A stretch of DNA of 64,000 nt from Candidatus Marinacidobacterales bacterium (GCA_965224085.1 CBDCYI010000009.1:64001-128000); one strand, 5' to 3'; shown: positions 20,620 to 31,935, counted from the first letter of the stretch. The notes: a model not told the origin generated them from the letters alone. Numbers and translations are program-made.

Positions 20620-21544
20620 TTCTAGCCAGCGTCTGGCGATCCGTGCTATCGAAGTCGGTTGTATTGCGCAGCCGAGTCTGATGCAGGGCACCGAGTTTCG
20701 GGTGGCTTCGGTGTTCACGCGCAGTTGCTACCTGGTGTCCGTGACCGGCGACTGGATCTGCCTGCTGCCCGAGACGGCTACGGCCGACCCGCTGGGTATG
20801 CGGCTCCGCGTGTCTGGCGGTGTGGACTGGCACGCAAGCGGGGTGGCCGCCGGCATGCATTGCTGGTGCGGCGTATCGGCACTTCATGTCGGCGCGCGAC
20901 TGGCGATACACCTCAGTGATGCACCCACCTGGACTCCGCCGGCACCGCCGCCATGCAACAGGGTGTCGCTGATGCGGGGCTTGACGTGTCTCGATGCAAG
21001 CGCGATGACACGGGATGCCGGCGAGAAGCAGGGGTTGCTGTCGCTCGTCTACCCGGAAGCGGGGTATGCTGACCGTCTTGCTCACGCCGCGGACCCGACG
21101 GTCCGGGCATTACGCGCGTGGTTGAGGCAGTCGCTGCCGGCGGCGACGGTCATGGCTCCGCCTGCGCTCGACTCGCTGGTCGGACTCGGTCCGGGTCTCA
21201 CCCCATCAGGTGACGATTTCATCGGCGGCGTTCTGGCCACGTTGTATCAACTGGGCTACCAGCCGGTTGCCGAGCGGCTCTACGAGACCGCCGCGCCGCT
21301 CGCGGCGCAATCCGGCAATCCGATCAGCGCCGCCTACCTTGCCGCTGCTGCGCGCGGCGCGGCGAATGCTGACATTCATCGAGGATTGCACGCAGTGCTC
21401 GACGGTGACATGGACGAGATTGGCGAAGCGTTGCGGGCGATTGGCGGTATCGGGCACACGTCGGGATTCGATACGTTTGCCGGTGTCATCGTGACGCTGC
21501 GTTGCATAGCCGAATTCGAGTTCGGCGGGTGCCCAACCAGATGA
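20612..21544 (+). CDS. ylbF: DUF2877/YlbF (AllH) protein
   Basis: LVGLGPGLTPSGDDFIGG and IGHTSGFD motifs. Confidence 0.88.
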   Translation: MLDSSQRLAIRAIEVGCIAQPSLMQGTEFRVASVFTRSCYLVSVTGDWICLLPETATADPLGMRLRVSGGVDWHASGVAAGMHCWCGVSALHVGARLAIHLSDAPTWTPPAPPPCNRVSLMRGLTCLDASAMTRDAGEKQGLLSLVYPEAGYADRLAHAADPTVRALRAWLRQSLPAATVMAPPALDSLVGLGPGLTPSGDDFIGGVLATLYQLGYQPVAERLYETAAPLAAQSGNPISAAYLAAAARGAANADIHRGLHAVLDGDMDEIGEALRAIGGIGHTSGFDTFAGVIVTLRCIAEFEFGGCPTR

Positions 21545-21569
21545 ACGAACCAGGTCTTTTTACGGCCGA

Positions 21570-22135
21570 TTACAGGAGTGAACCCGGTAGGGTCGAGGGC
21601 TGGCGCGGTACTCCGTAGGTGTGGCCTATAGTGCGCCGCGAATTCGTGTATAACCCCACTTCGGATTCGACTTCGCCATGGCCACGACGAGCTCGGTAAT
21701 CTCGACCATCACCCGGGGTCGTCCGAGCTGTTTCCACCGCTCCGCTTTCGTCCCACTTCCGCGCAATGAGCCTTCGGTGCCACGCCAAGAGAGTGTCCGC
21801 GGTGACGATACCAGCGACTTCGGCCAAGAGTTTCCGGCCAAGCTCCTTACCCTTTACCGCGAGCCGACGTCGCTCGTTATCGGTGAAGCGAAGTTTACTC
21901 CCGCGAAGCCGAGCTTTGAGGACTCTGTTCTCCTCGAGCAAGTAGACGATACCGGCCTGTTGGTCACGCTGGATCCAACCAGCCACGGCGACGACCAACA
22001 ACGTCCAGGGTTGGATCGGCGTGCTCATGACGGAGCATTCTAGCTTCCCTTGGCGAAGTAAGCGTTAGACGCGTCTATCCGAAACGCCCCGGCTGACGCG
22101 GGTCTTGAGTTCGTTCGTGTTTTTGGACAGGACGC
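21570..22135 (-). mobile_element. Truncated, frameshifted IS481/integrase-core-type transposase with probable left end
   Basis: [49 protein letters not shown]; end-like GTCCTGTCCAAAAAC near 22120-22134. Confidence 0.7.
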
Positions 22136-22200
22136 GGACGATTCTTCCCGTTCAGTCCGCGTCGAGTGCTTGCCGCACCCAACGTACGGCCAACATTTTC

Positions 22201-25085
22201 TCAGTTGTCGGTGGGGACGAGGCGCTTCAGCTCCTGAAACCAGTTCTGGACGACCTGAAACTCAGGTGGCCCTTGGCTCTCGACCTGGATAAAGACGAAC
22301 CTCTTGCCGTCGGGAGCGAGATCGTACAGTCGGGGGAAGGCCGGGAGATGACGCAAATACCCCTCCTCGAAAAGCAATTGTGGTGGTCCCACAGACAGCT
22401 CAGGACGGGAGACTTGCACTCTCATCATCCCGTTCTCGGTCCGGTAGTAGAGTTCTGCCTGATCCGGCGACCACACCGGGGCACTCCCGCCGTCTGTCGA
22501 CACCTGCTGCCTTCCACCGGGCCGCTCGTAGGGCGTGATGTAGACCTGCCTCCGGCCCGATTCATTGGAGGTGTATGCCATCCAAAGCCCATCGGGTGAC
22601 AAGACCGGCTGGGCCTGCATTCCCCTAGGGTCGAGGACGGTCCGCGAGGTTCGGTCCGCTAAAGTTAGCTCAAAGATCCCCCAGTCTTGGTGGTGAGTGT
22701 CCGTGTAGAGAAGGCGCTCCCCATCCGCGGACAAGGCATCGGGAATCTGATGGCCAGCGCTCTCGGTCAGTCGTTCCGCAGGCCTGCTTCCGTCAACCGC
22801 TAAAGAGAAAAGGTTCACGTCCTGACCGGGAGCCGTGGCGCTGACCGCCAAGCTCTGGCCGTCCGGACTCCACGCAATACCTTCAAAAAAGAAGCCCTCG
22901 CCCGATGGACCGTCGAAGCTGGAAGCCACGAGGCTCAAACGCTCTTGCTCCAGCTCGTAGACATAAATCTCATGGGGTGTCGCGTCCGCCCCCACGGACA
23001 CGGCGAGACGACGGCCATCGGGTGAGAAGCGAGCTCGCCAGTAGGGCATCAGTGGAGCGGCGAGCGGAGCAGCCGTTCCTTGAAGATCCACGAGGACCAA
23101 ACGGGATATCGGGAAACGCCGGGCAAAGTAAACGAGCGTTCCGGTGTCGGAAAACGTGAAGAAGGCGACGCCGTTTCCGAGTGAGCGTACAGTGACGCCT
23201 GTCTGAACGGGAATTCCCGTGCCTCTCACCTCCATGCGGTCGAGATCGAACGGATGGCGTACAGAGTATCCTCTCTTGCGTAAATCAGGTGTCCTGTCGG
23301 TGCGTAGCGAGCGTAGCTCGCATTGAGCAAGAATCTACGCTCGCCGGTCTCCAAGGATTGCACCACGATGTTGGAGTCATCATGGTTTTGGCCGGTCACG
23401 GCGCAAAAGATGACGCCCTTTCCGTTGGGCAGTGCGTGCGGCCAGTAATGTAATCTTTCACCTTGATCGGGATTAATGCTCGCCAAGACTTCCGGCGTCC
23501 CTCCCGAGGCGGGAACTCTCATGAGGCCCGTCGTATAGTTGGCAAAGACGATCGTCCCGTCGACACTCCAATCGGCGCCCCGGTAATTAGGAGCATCGCA
23601 GAGGACGGCGGCCCCCGCTCCATCGAGACGCACTTTCTTGAGCTTCCCACCCGCGACGAATCCCACCCACTGGCCGTCCGGTGAGAAGAACGGGCCCTGA
23701 CCGCCCTCGGTTCCAGGAATCGGCGTCGACTCGTTCCGGTCGAGTTCTCTGAGGTAAAGTTGGAATCCCTGCCCTTCTATGAATACCCCGTACACCAGTT
23801 GAACGCCATCGGGCGAAAGTGCCGGAGGAAAATGGGTTACATACGTCTCCGCAGGCAGGTTGATGCTCGTTCGAAAGAGCGTCTGGTTTTCAGCGGGACC
23901 GGTGCGCCAGGAAGCCCACAAGGCAAGGCCAGCAAGAACGGCCATCAGCGCTACCAGAACCCAGGGCAGGACGGTCCTCGGGGAAGCAGCGGTCGCGCCA
24001 GCGGCCGGTACGCTTTGTGCTTCGTCCAGCTCGATACGCGCGTCGGCGATGTCATGGAGGCGCCGTCGAGGATCTTTCTGGAGGCATCGACGCAGCAAAC
24101 TTCGGGCAAGCAGCGGCACGTGCTCCGGCAATGCCCCCCAATCCGGCTCTCCTTCCAGGATCTTGGCAATGGTGTCCGAGACCGTCTCTCCAAGGAACGC
24201 AGTCTTGCCCGTCAGCGCTTCATACAAGCAGCATCCGAACGACCAAATGTCCGTGCGCTTGTCCAGAGTCTTGCCACGAGCCTGCTCGGGACTCATATAC
24301 GCGGGCGTTCCGAGAATGACTCCGGTCTCGGTTTCTTGCCGAGTGACGGTTGGTGACTCGGACTTCACGTCCTGAACGAATTCCCCCTTCGCCAAACCAA
24401 AGTCCAAGATTTTTGGGCTTCCTTCGGGTCCGATCTTGATATTGGCGGGCTTCAAGTCACGGTGGATCACACTCTTCTCGTGCGCGGCCTCGAGACCCGT
24501 GGCGATTTGTAAGAACAGCCGGAGAGCTTCGTCGATCGGTATCGGCCCTCGAGCGATTCGTTCCGCCAGCGTCTCGCCCTCGACGAGCTCCATGACGAGA
24601 AAGCGGATCCCGTCCGCGTCTTCGAGCCCGAAGAGGGTCGCGACATTGGGATGGTTCACCGAAGCAAGAAGCCGCGCCTCGCGCTTGAACCTCGCCAAGC
24701 GCTCCTTGTGCTGTGAGAACTCCTCGGGCAGGACCTTGATCGCGACGTCGCGCCCGAGCTTCCCGTCTCGTGCCCGATAAACCTCTCCCATGCCGCCTTT
24801 GCCGATTGGGGAGAGGATCTCGTAGGGGCCGAGGCGCGTTCCGGGGGCAAGTCCCATGCTATCTGTCTCGGTCCCTCTTTGTTTTAGGAGCGAGGAAACT
24901 GGAGCCTGAGCGAGAAAGCCGTTCGCTTCCGCCTCCTCATGGTTGGCCAAAAGCTCCTTGACCTGCTGTTGCAGCTCGTCCTGTTTGGGACAGGCTTTCT
25001 CCAAGAAAGCGCGCCGGTCCGCTGGGGCGAGCTCGAGCGCGGCTTCGAACAGGGCTGTGACACGCTCCCAAGAATCCGACTTCAA
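22201..25085 (-). pseudogene. Ser/Thr protein kinase with TolB/PD40 repeats, one frameshift near 23250
   Basis: GKGGMGEVY, HRDLKPAN, DFGLAK; second ORF continues the propeller and ends NWFQELKRLVP. Confidence 0.88.
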
Positions 25086-25674
25086 GAGACTTGCCTCTTA
25101 ACCTCACCGTAGAGCCAAGCTCGTGCGGCACGCCATTCCCTCTTGACCGTTCGGATGCTGGTGCCCATCAGCTCCGCGATCTCCTGCTGCTTCAGGCCTC
25201 CAAAGAATTGAAGCACCACGATCCGTTCCTGGCGGGGAGATCGCTTGCTCAAGCCGCAGAGCAGTTGAGAGCAAGAACGGTGTCCGATTGCTCGTTCAAC
25301 AGAATCGAAGCGTCGTCGAATGTGAAGTGCGGTCGGCCACCGCCGCGCTTTTCCGCTTTTCGCCGGCGGGCGTGGTCGACTAGGATCCGTCGCATGGGCT
25401 CGGACGCTGCCGCGAAAAAGTGAAGTCGGTTCCGCCAGGATTTGTCACGCTGCTCGACGAGCTTCTCGTAAGCCTCGTGCACCAGCGCCGTCGCCTGCAG
25501 CGTGTGGTCGCGAGGCTCGCGAGCCATGTAGTACCTAGCCAGACGACGTAGTTTCGGATAGACGGCCTCCATGAGCATCGACTCCGCGTTGGGATTCCCG
25601 TTGCTCCAGGCTTTGAGAAGTTGCGTAATCGTGCGCTGCTCGGGGTCCGCTGTGACGGATCTAGTGGGTGCCAA
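25082..25674 (-). pseudogene. ECF sigma factor (kinase-associated TIGR02999 type), frameshifted
   Basis: HTLQATALVHEAY, RRILVDHARRR; C-terminus FFGGLKQQEIAE..TVKREWRAARAWL lies in another frame. Confidence 0.85.
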
Positions 25675-25799
25675 CGCTAGCCCTCGCTGTTGGACTCATC
25701 CTACAGCACTCCGTAACTGAGCCGCAAACCCACCTTTATCTCCAACCGTGGCCCTTTGGGCAATTGGTCTGCGCGATTCAAGGCGGAGGGCAAAAAGCG

Positions 25800-26495
25800 A
25801 TGGAAAAACGAATTGGCCTTGATGGAACACACATCCCGGCAACATCGCTCGGTCAGATCCTGTTGATCGCGATAATGAGCGCCCTGGGTTGCCTCGGGCA
25901 AACGATCGCTCCAGGGGAAAGCGTACCCGCTTCAGCTACAGCCCAAAGCCTCATCGTTGTCTGGCACGACCCGGAGGGGTTGTTCCGTACGGGATCGGAA
26001 AGGCTCGCTCGACAGGTGAAGGACTTTTTTGCGGCCATCGCCGTAGAGACCGCCTGGGAGCAGGGAGAGACGAACCCGTCAGCCGACTCGAGTGCGGTAC
26101 AAGTGCGCGTCGTCCTCCGGCCTTCGGAGCCTTCGAGCTGGGGGTTGTCCAAAAACGTGTTGGGCGTCTGCTTTATTCGAACTTCTCCACCGGATGCGGC
26201 TTACATATTCTTCCCCGCCGTGGCGCGAACTTTGGGTTACCGGCCGCAAAACCTCGTCAAGTACGGATTGACTCCGCGACAAAGGGTGGCGATGGCCCGG
26301 GCCTTGAGCCGAGTGGTTGCCCACGAGGTTGTCCACGCCATTGCCCCGGGGCTGGACCACGCGCCCAATGGCTTGACCATGAATAGTCTCGACAGCGTCT
26401 GGCTCGGAAAGGGCACCAAGTCGCAAATCCACCCCCGCGCGGCGGCGGTTTTTCGGAGGGAACTGAGAAAATTGTCCTCACCGGCCGATCGATAG
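25800..26495 (+). CDS. Hypothetical exported protein with HExxH motif
   Basis: VAHEVVHAI..DHAPNGL; start uncertain. Confidence 0.6.
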   Translation: MEKRIGLDGTHIPATSLGQILLIAIMSALGCLGQTIAPGESVPASATAQSLIVVWHDPEGLFRTGSERLARQVKDFFAAIAVETAWEQGETNPSADSSAVQVRVVLRPSEPSSWGLSKNVLGVCFIRTSPPDAAYIFFPAVARTLGYRPQNLVKYGLTPRQRVAMARALSRVVAHEVVHAIAPGLDHAPNGLTMNSLDSVWLGKGTKSQIHPRAAAVFRRELRKLSSPADR

Positions 26496-26531
26496 GGGCA
26501 CACCAGAACCCCTGGCGGCCAGGCCAGCCTC

Positions 26532-26568
26532 ATAACGCTTGCCGTTATATAACGAGTGACGTTATAAT
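26532..26568 (+). promoter_or_regulatory. higBA promoter with two tandem operators
   Basis: ATAACG-N5-CGTTAT at 26532 and 26549; TTGCCG at 26539 and TATAAT at 26563. Confidence 0.75.
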
Positions 26569-26574
26569 TTCTGT

Positions 26575-26859
26575 GTGATCAAATCCTTTCGAGATCGCGA
26601 CACCGAGAGGATATGGCTCGGAGAGTCGTCGAAGCGCCTGCCGCCGGATATTCAGCGGCCTGCGAGACGAAAGCTTAGAATGCTGAACAACGCGCGTGAT
26701 TTGACGGATCTGCGTGTTCCGCCGGCGAACCGGTTGGAACGTCTCGAGGGCCGGCGCCGCGGTCAGCGCAGTATCCGAATCAACGATCAGTGGCGAGTCT
26801 GCTTTCGTTGGTCGCGCGGCGACTCCTACGACGTCGAGATCGTCGACTACCATCGGTGA
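26575..26859 (+). CDS. higB: HigB toxin (RelE/ParE superfamily)
   Basis: MIKSF..ARRKL..PPANRLE..SIRINDQWR..EIVDYH. Confidence 0.93.
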   Translation: MIKSFRDRDTERIWLGESSKRLPPDIQRPARRKLRMLNNARDLTDLRVPPANRLERLEGRRRGQRSIRINDQWRVCFRWSRGDSYDVEIVDYHR

Positions 26860-26869
26860 GGAGAGTGAT

Positions 26870-27175
26870 ATGGCAAAGAAACTGCCCAACGTTCATCCGG
26901 GCGAGGTACTCCTGGAAGAGTTCCTCGAGCCCCTCGACATGAGCCAAAACCGCCTGGCGCGAGAAATCGGGGTTCCACCTCGACGGATCAACGAGATCGT
27001 CTTGGGCAAGCGCTCGGTGACACCCGATACGGCGCTGAGACTATCGCGCTATTTCGGGACTTCGAGTCGTTTCTGGCTGGGGCTTCAGATGGACTACGAC
27101 TTGGAAGAGACCGAAAGAGAAAAGTCCGCAGAGATCGAGCGCGAGGTACGACCTCGAGAGAAAGTTGGTACTTGA
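26870..27175 (+). CDS. higA: HigA antitoxin
   Basis: HPGEVLLEEFL, RINEIVLGKRSVT, FWLGLQ. Confidence 0.93.
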   Translation: MAKKLPNVHPGEVLLEEFLEPLDMSQNRLAREIGVPPRRINEIVLGKRSVTPDTALRLSRYFGTSSRFWLGLQMDYDLEETEREKSAEIEREVRPREKVGT

Positions 27176-27200
27176 CCGCATCGCTGAACGGAGGCGAGAG

Positions 27201-27491
27201 TCATGGAGCCTGTCCGCCTTCACCCTCCGGGCTACGACGCGGCAGGCCGATACGCTGCCCTTCCCGTCGCCTCGACTCCTCGAGTCCCTTTCGGATTCCG
27301 GCGGTCGCCTCCAGGCGGTCCACGAGCTCCAAAAGCTTCTGATACGAACCCGCGTCCTGGACGACGAGCTCGGCCCGACCATTGATAGTCAGGACAATCG
27401 GATCACCGCTCTGCTTGAGCTGGCGCACAAGCCCGGTCGTGTTCCGCTTGAAATCGGTGAGGGGATGGATGTCCTTAGTAATGTCCAGCTT
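27201..27491 (-). pseudogene. Phd/YefM antitoxin, start codon apparently lost, no toxin partner
   Basis: LDITKDIHPLTDFKRN..PIVLTINGRAELVVQD; GGAGG followed by AAG where ATG is expected. Confidence 0.7.
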
Positions 27492-27746
27492 AGCCTCCGC
27501 ATCAAATTCGCATCTTTTGTAATGCTAACCTGCGAGGCCCTTGAATGCAAGCGAGGACGTTGTCCGGCAAGCCAAAAACGTAAGACTGGTCGCGCAGGCG
27601 TCTGTGAGGATAGCGTCGTTGTCCGAGCTCCGGTCAAGCCGACGGCGCACCCAGAGCGGCCTCGCACCCAAATCGGGAGCCGCTGGGTTTTTGGGCCACC
27701 ACTCGATGCGTAGATTAGTGCCGCCGGGCCGGCCCTCCTCCGCCGT

Positions 27747-30700
27747 TCACGGCTGCCGGCCGGTTGAGGACTCTCCGTTACTCGACTCGGTGGCTCCCAG
27801 GATTCCGTCGAGCTTTTCCACTTGCTCCCGAAGTGCGCCTTCCAGTTGCTCGTAACGCTCGTAGGCGTCTCGTCCGGGCCGCTGGTCGGTGCGCCTCAAG
27901 TTCTGGTAGAGGTAAACGAGCTGGTCCAGGATCATGGGCTCGGCCTTCCACACGCTTCCAGCTTTGGGCAGCGCGGGGAGCAGCGCCTTTTTGATCTCGA
28001 GGAGAGTCTCGTCGTCGGGCCGTTGTTCGAGCGCCTTGTCGAGTCGAGTTGCTGCCCGGCGCGCGCTGCTGAGGGCATCGCGCGCTTTGAGAACGAGCTC
28101 CACCTGAGCGGTGACGTCCGCCTCGGTGACCGTGCCTTCCTTGACGATTCGGGGATCCATCCTTGTTTCGAACGAGACGGTTTGCGTCCAATCTCCTGAA
28201 GTGAGTCGCGCCCGGTAAGTTCCCGGCGCCGCCATGGGTCCGTCTCGGCCGGATCGCTTCTCATCGGAATCCCAGGGACCGTCATGCAGAAGATCCCAAA
28301 GGAAGCGATGCATCCCGGCGCTTTTCTCGAGCGCCGGCCGTTCGAGCTCCGACTCGTTCATGCTGGCCTGCTCGGGCACTACGTTCTGCTCGCCTGACGT
28401 CTCGCTCGAGTAGGCACGGATGACGTTTTCCTGCCCATCGAGAATCTCGAGCTGGATCTCTCCCGTGGGCTCGGCGGCCAAGTAGTAGTCGATGTTGGCC
28501 CCGGGGCGTGGGTAATTAGGCTCGCTGGGTTCTTTAGTGCGGCTGAATCTGGGAGGATAGAAAAGACGATAGGCATCCTTGACCTCGAAGAGATGTCTCT
28601 CCGCCGACGCCACTTTATCGTCGATCTCGTGAAGCGGCGTCACGTCGTACAAGATCCAGAAACCCCTGCCCATCGTGGACAGCACCAGATCCTGGTTGAC
28701 CACCTTGATGTCGGTCACCGGTGTGACGGGCAAGTCGAGCTGAAACGACTGCCAGTGTGCTCCGTCATCGAACGAGAGGAACATCCCGAACTCGGTTCCC
28801 GCGTAGAGCAGCCCCTCTCGATCCGGATCCTCCCGGACCACCCGGACCGGGTGGTCGTTGGGAATGCCGTTCTCCCCGGTTGTGATCCGTGTCCAGCTCT
28901 CCCCGTAATCCTCGGTTTTGTAGACGTGCGGGGTGAAGTCGTCGAGCATGTACCTCAGGATGGAGACGTACGTCTTGGATGGCTCGTGGGGGGACACCTC
29001 GATCTGCTGAACGCGGCCATAGGGTCCGAGCCCGGGAGGGGTCACGTCCTTCCAGTTCTTCCCGTTGTCCCGGGTGATGTGGATGGGCCCGTCATTGGCT
29101 CCTACCCAGACGACCCCTCGCTCATGTGGCGACTCCTGGATGTCGTAGATGGTGCTGAAGTGCTCCTCCCCGGTTGCATCAATGGTGATCGGTGTGCCCG
29201 AGAGCACCTGGGTTTCCGTCGTGAAGGCGGTGAGGTCAGGGGAGATGGTCTGCCAGGACCTGCCGGCGTCCTCGGTCACGTGCACGTAGTGCGAAGTATG
29301 GTAGACGCGATTCGGATCGTGCGGAGAGACGTGGATGGGCGCCACCCTCTGGAAGCGGAATCGGAGGTCTTTGGGGTTGAAACCGTTGATGTTCCAAAAA
29401 CCTACATAAAAATGTTGCTCCTGGCCCGTTCGCCGGTTGTGGAGGCTGAAACGGCCCTTGCATTCGGCGTAGACAAGGTCGGCATCACCCGGCTTGGGAA
29501 CCACCGGTCCGGTCTCGCAGCCGCCGTGCGTTTCCCACAGCGCCGTGTGCCCGCCGGGCATGCTCCGTGGCGGAAGACTGGGAAGGGAGATGGTCGTGTT
29601 GTCTTGCTGCCCCGCGTACATCCGATAAGGGAACTCATCGCTCACGTCCACCTGATAGAGCTCGGCGGTCGACTGGTTGTGCATACTGGACCAAGTCTTG
29701 CCGCCATCGAGGGTGACGACCGCCCCTCCGTCGTTCGCTTGGATGAAGATGTGCGGGTTATCGGGGTTGATCCACATGTCATGGTTGTCACCGTGGGGTA
29801 TGGTCTGGCGATCCCAAGTCTTGCCGCCGTCCTCGGATTTGTAGTACCCCTCGGCCATCGCCCACAGCGTGTCCGGATCCTTCGGATGAGCATCGAGGTT
29901 GCAGAAGTAGAAGGGGCGGTAGAGGATCTCTTTGTGGTCCGAGACTTGAGACCAGCTCCCGCCGCGATCGTCGGAGCGGTAAACGCCGCCCTCGTCGCCG
30001 GGCGCTTCCATCAACACATAAACCCTATCGGGGTCGGCCGCCGAGACGGCTAGATCCGCTTTTCCTCGGAGGCCGTTCGGGAGGCCGTTCGTCAACTGGG
30101 ACCAGTGATCCCCTCCGTCAGTGGATTTATAGACCCCTCCCTCGTCGCCGCCGCTGATGATGGTCCAGGGCTTGCGCTCCGCGAGCCACATGGTGGCGTA
30201 GATCTCATCCGGATCGTCCGGGGTGAACTCGAGGTCGACGGCGCCCGTTCTCTCCGATATGTACAGCACCTTCTCCCAGGACTCTCCTCCGTCCCTCGAC
30301 CGGTAGACCCCACGCTCGGGGTTCGCGCCGAACGGGTTGCCGATGGCGGCGACGTATACGAGATCCGGGTTGCGCGGATGGATGAGGACCGCTCCACTAT
30401 TGCCCGTCTTCTCGAGGCCGATATGCGTCCAGGTCTTCCCGGCGTCGGTGGACTTGTAAACACCCTTTCCGATGATCACGTTGCTTCGGATTCCGTCCGA
30501 GCCGGTGGCGACGTAGACGATATTGGGATCCGACTCGGCAACCCGGATGGCGCCAATCGAGCCGGTGGCAAAGTAGCCATCGGAGATGGGGTGCCAGTTG
30601 TGGCCGTAATCGGTGGTCTTCCAGACGCCGCCCCCGCTCGCTCCCATATAGAACGTCGACGGCTGGTCCCGGTGGCCGGCAACCGCGGTCACTCGGCCTG

Positions 30701-30854
30701 CCCGGGACGGTCCCACCGTCCGATAGGACAGACCAGAGAAAAGTTCCGGAGCGTAGATCTCGTTGCCGGACGCGGGAAGAGTTTCACCGACAAGCATCGG
30801 GACCTGAGTGATTGCCAGCAGGGCGAGCGCGCCCACGACCCACTTCATCTGCAT
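27747..30854 (-). CDS. Secreted BNR/Asp-box (VPS10-like) glycosyl hydrolase
   Basis: Repeated SxDGGxTW boxes, GDNHDMWI, GQQDN. Confidence 0.9.
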   Translation of the reverse strand: MQMKWVVGALALLAITQVPMLVGETLPASGNEIYAPELFSGLSYRTVGPSRAGRVTAVAGHRDQPSTFYMGASGGGVWKTTDYGHNWHPISDGYFATGSIGAIRVAESDPNIVYVATGSDGIRSNVIIGKGVYKSTDAGKTWTHIGLEKTGNSGAVLIHPRNPDLVYVAAIGNPFGANPERGVYRSRDGGESWEKVLYISERTGAVDLEFTPDDPDEIYATMWLAERKPWTIISGGDEGGVYKSTDGGDHWSQLTNGLPNGLRGKADLAVSAADPDRVYVLMEAPGDEGGVYRSDDRGGSWSQVSDHKEILYRPFYFCNLDAHPKDPDTLWAMAEGYYKSEDGGKTWDRQTIPHGDNHDMWINPDNPHIFIQANDGGAVVTLDGGKTWSSMHNQSTAELYQVDVSDEFPYRMYAGQQDNTTISLPSLPPRSMPGGHTALWETHGGCETGPVVPKPGDADLVYAECKGRFSLHNRRTGQEQHFYVGFWNINGFNPKDLRFRFQRVAPIHVSPHDPNRVYHTSHYVHVTEDAGRSWQTISPDLTAFTTETQVLSGTPITIDATGEEHFSTIYDIQESPHERGVVWVGANDGPIHITRDNGKNWKDVTPPGLGPYGRVQQIEVSPHEPSKTYVSILRYMLDDFTPHVYKTEDYGESWTRITTGENGIPNDHPVRVVREDPDREGLLYAGTEFGMFLSFDDGAHWQSFQLDLPVTPVTDIKVVNQDLVLSTMGRGFWILYDVTPLHEIDDKVASAERHLFEVKDAYRLFYPPRFSRTKEPSEPNYPRPGANIDYYLAAEPTGEIQLEILDGQENVIRAYSSETSGEQNVVPEQASMNESELERPALEKSAGMHRFLWDLLHDGPWDSDEKRSGRDGPMAAPGTYRARLTSGDWTQTVSFETRMDPRIVKEGTVTEADVTAQVELVLKARDALSSARRAATRLDKALEQRPDDETLLEIKKALLPALPKAGSVWKAEPMILDQLVYLYQNLRRTDQRPGRDAYERYEQLEGALREQVEKLDGILGATESSNGESSTGRQP

Positions 30855-30955
30855 GGTTCCATGTCTCCTTTAGAAGTCTCGCGTGATGCTAGATGGCCCA
30901 GAGATGGAAAGTCAAGGGATAGACGCGATGCTCAGCTCACCACCACCCCGCTGAG

Positions 30956-31015
30956 CTGCTCCTCGCAGCCGCCAGCTTGATCTGGAAGGGACTCGCCGAC
31001 TTCCTTCCAACTTGA
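30956..31015 (+). pseudogene. C-terminal stub of a TauE/SafE homolog (compare 56085-56138)
   Basis: LLLAAASLIWKGLADFLPT* versus LLLAAASLVWKGLSDVT*. Confidence 0.75.
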
Positions 31016-31040
31016 CGACTGGGGTATAGTCGTCGTCAAG

Positions 31041-31132
31041 GGTCCGCGCAAAGAATAAGTTCGCATTTTCCGGCGTCGAGGCGCCCGTCTGGCAAGGCGC
31101 GAGGCGCGAATAATATCTAGATATGTGAGCGC
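31041..31132. repeat. Probable truncated MITE-like interspersed repeat
   Basis: Segment absent from the homologous intergenic region at 56140-56176; AAGAATAAGTTCGCATTTT and GCAAGGCGCGAG motifs. Confidence 0.4.
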
Positions 31133-31152
31133 GTCACGAGAGGAAAAACCAG

Positions 31153-31935
31153 ATGCCCAACCTCAAAGACCGGTTCCGCGACGGTGAGATTCTGGTCGGA
31201 ACCTGGCTCAACGGGCCGGTCGCTTCGCAAGTCGAGATCATCGGGGGCGCCGGCTTCGACTTCGTGATTCTCGACTCAGAGCACAGCTCCTACGGCCTTG
31301 ACCAGTGTGAGGACCTCGTGCGCGCCGCCGATGCTGTGACGTTGCCTTGCCTCGTCCGCGTGGCTCCGGGCGATGCGCGAGAGGTCGGCAAGGCGCTCGA
31401 CTTCGGAGCTCAGGGCATCATCGTTCCTCACGTGAGCTCTGACGAAGAGGCACGCGCTTGTGTTCGGTACGCTCACTTTGCGCCACTGGGCGCGCGCGGC
31501 GCGGCGCCGACGGTGCGAGGCGCCCGCTTCGGACGCACGGCCTGGAAAGACTACCTCGCCCAGGCGACGTCCGAAACGATGGTGGTGCTCCAGATCGAGG
31601 GCCAGGAGGGGATCGATCAGCTCGACCGCATCATGTCGGTGGAGGGCGTGGATGTTCTCTTCGTCGGCACGTTCGATCTTTCGGAATCGCTGGGGGTCTC
31701 GGGTCAGCTCGACCATCCGAAGCTTCTGGACGCCGTCGCCCATATCGTCCGTCGGGCGCGGGAGAAAGAGATTGCGCTGGGTCTGTGGATGCCGAAGCCC
31801 GAACAGGTGGGGCCGTGGATCGAGCGCGGCGTCCAGATGATCACCGTCGCCAACAACGACATGATCTTCTTCGAGGCCTGCCGGGCCGTTGCGGAAGCGG
31901 TGAAGGCCCGCATCGCGGATCGGTCGGCGTCGTGA
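31153..31935 (+). CDS. HpcH/HpaI aldolase family (copy 1)
   Basis: DFVILDSEH, LDFGAQGIIVPHV, LQIE, LFVGTFDLS. Confidence 0.9.
   Translation: MPNLKDRFRDGEILVGTWLNGPVASQVEIIGGAGFDFVILDSEHSSYGLDQCEDLVRAADAVTLPCLVRVAPGDAREVGKALDFGAQGIIVPHVSSDEEARACVRYAHFAPLGARGAAPTVRGARFGRTAWKDYLAQATSETMVVLQIEGQEGIDQLDRIMSVEGVDVLFVGTFDLSESLGVSGQLDHPKLLDAVAHIVRRAREKEIALGLWMPKPEQVGPWIERGVQMITVANNDMIFFEACRAVAEAVKARIADRSAS

Noticed and set aside
21551-21574. Possible IS terminus TGTAATCGGCCGTAAAAAGACCTG (also CTAGTGTCCCGTCTCGGAA near 39292-39310)
   Set aside because: Single unpaired ends with no partner repeat or transposase in the window
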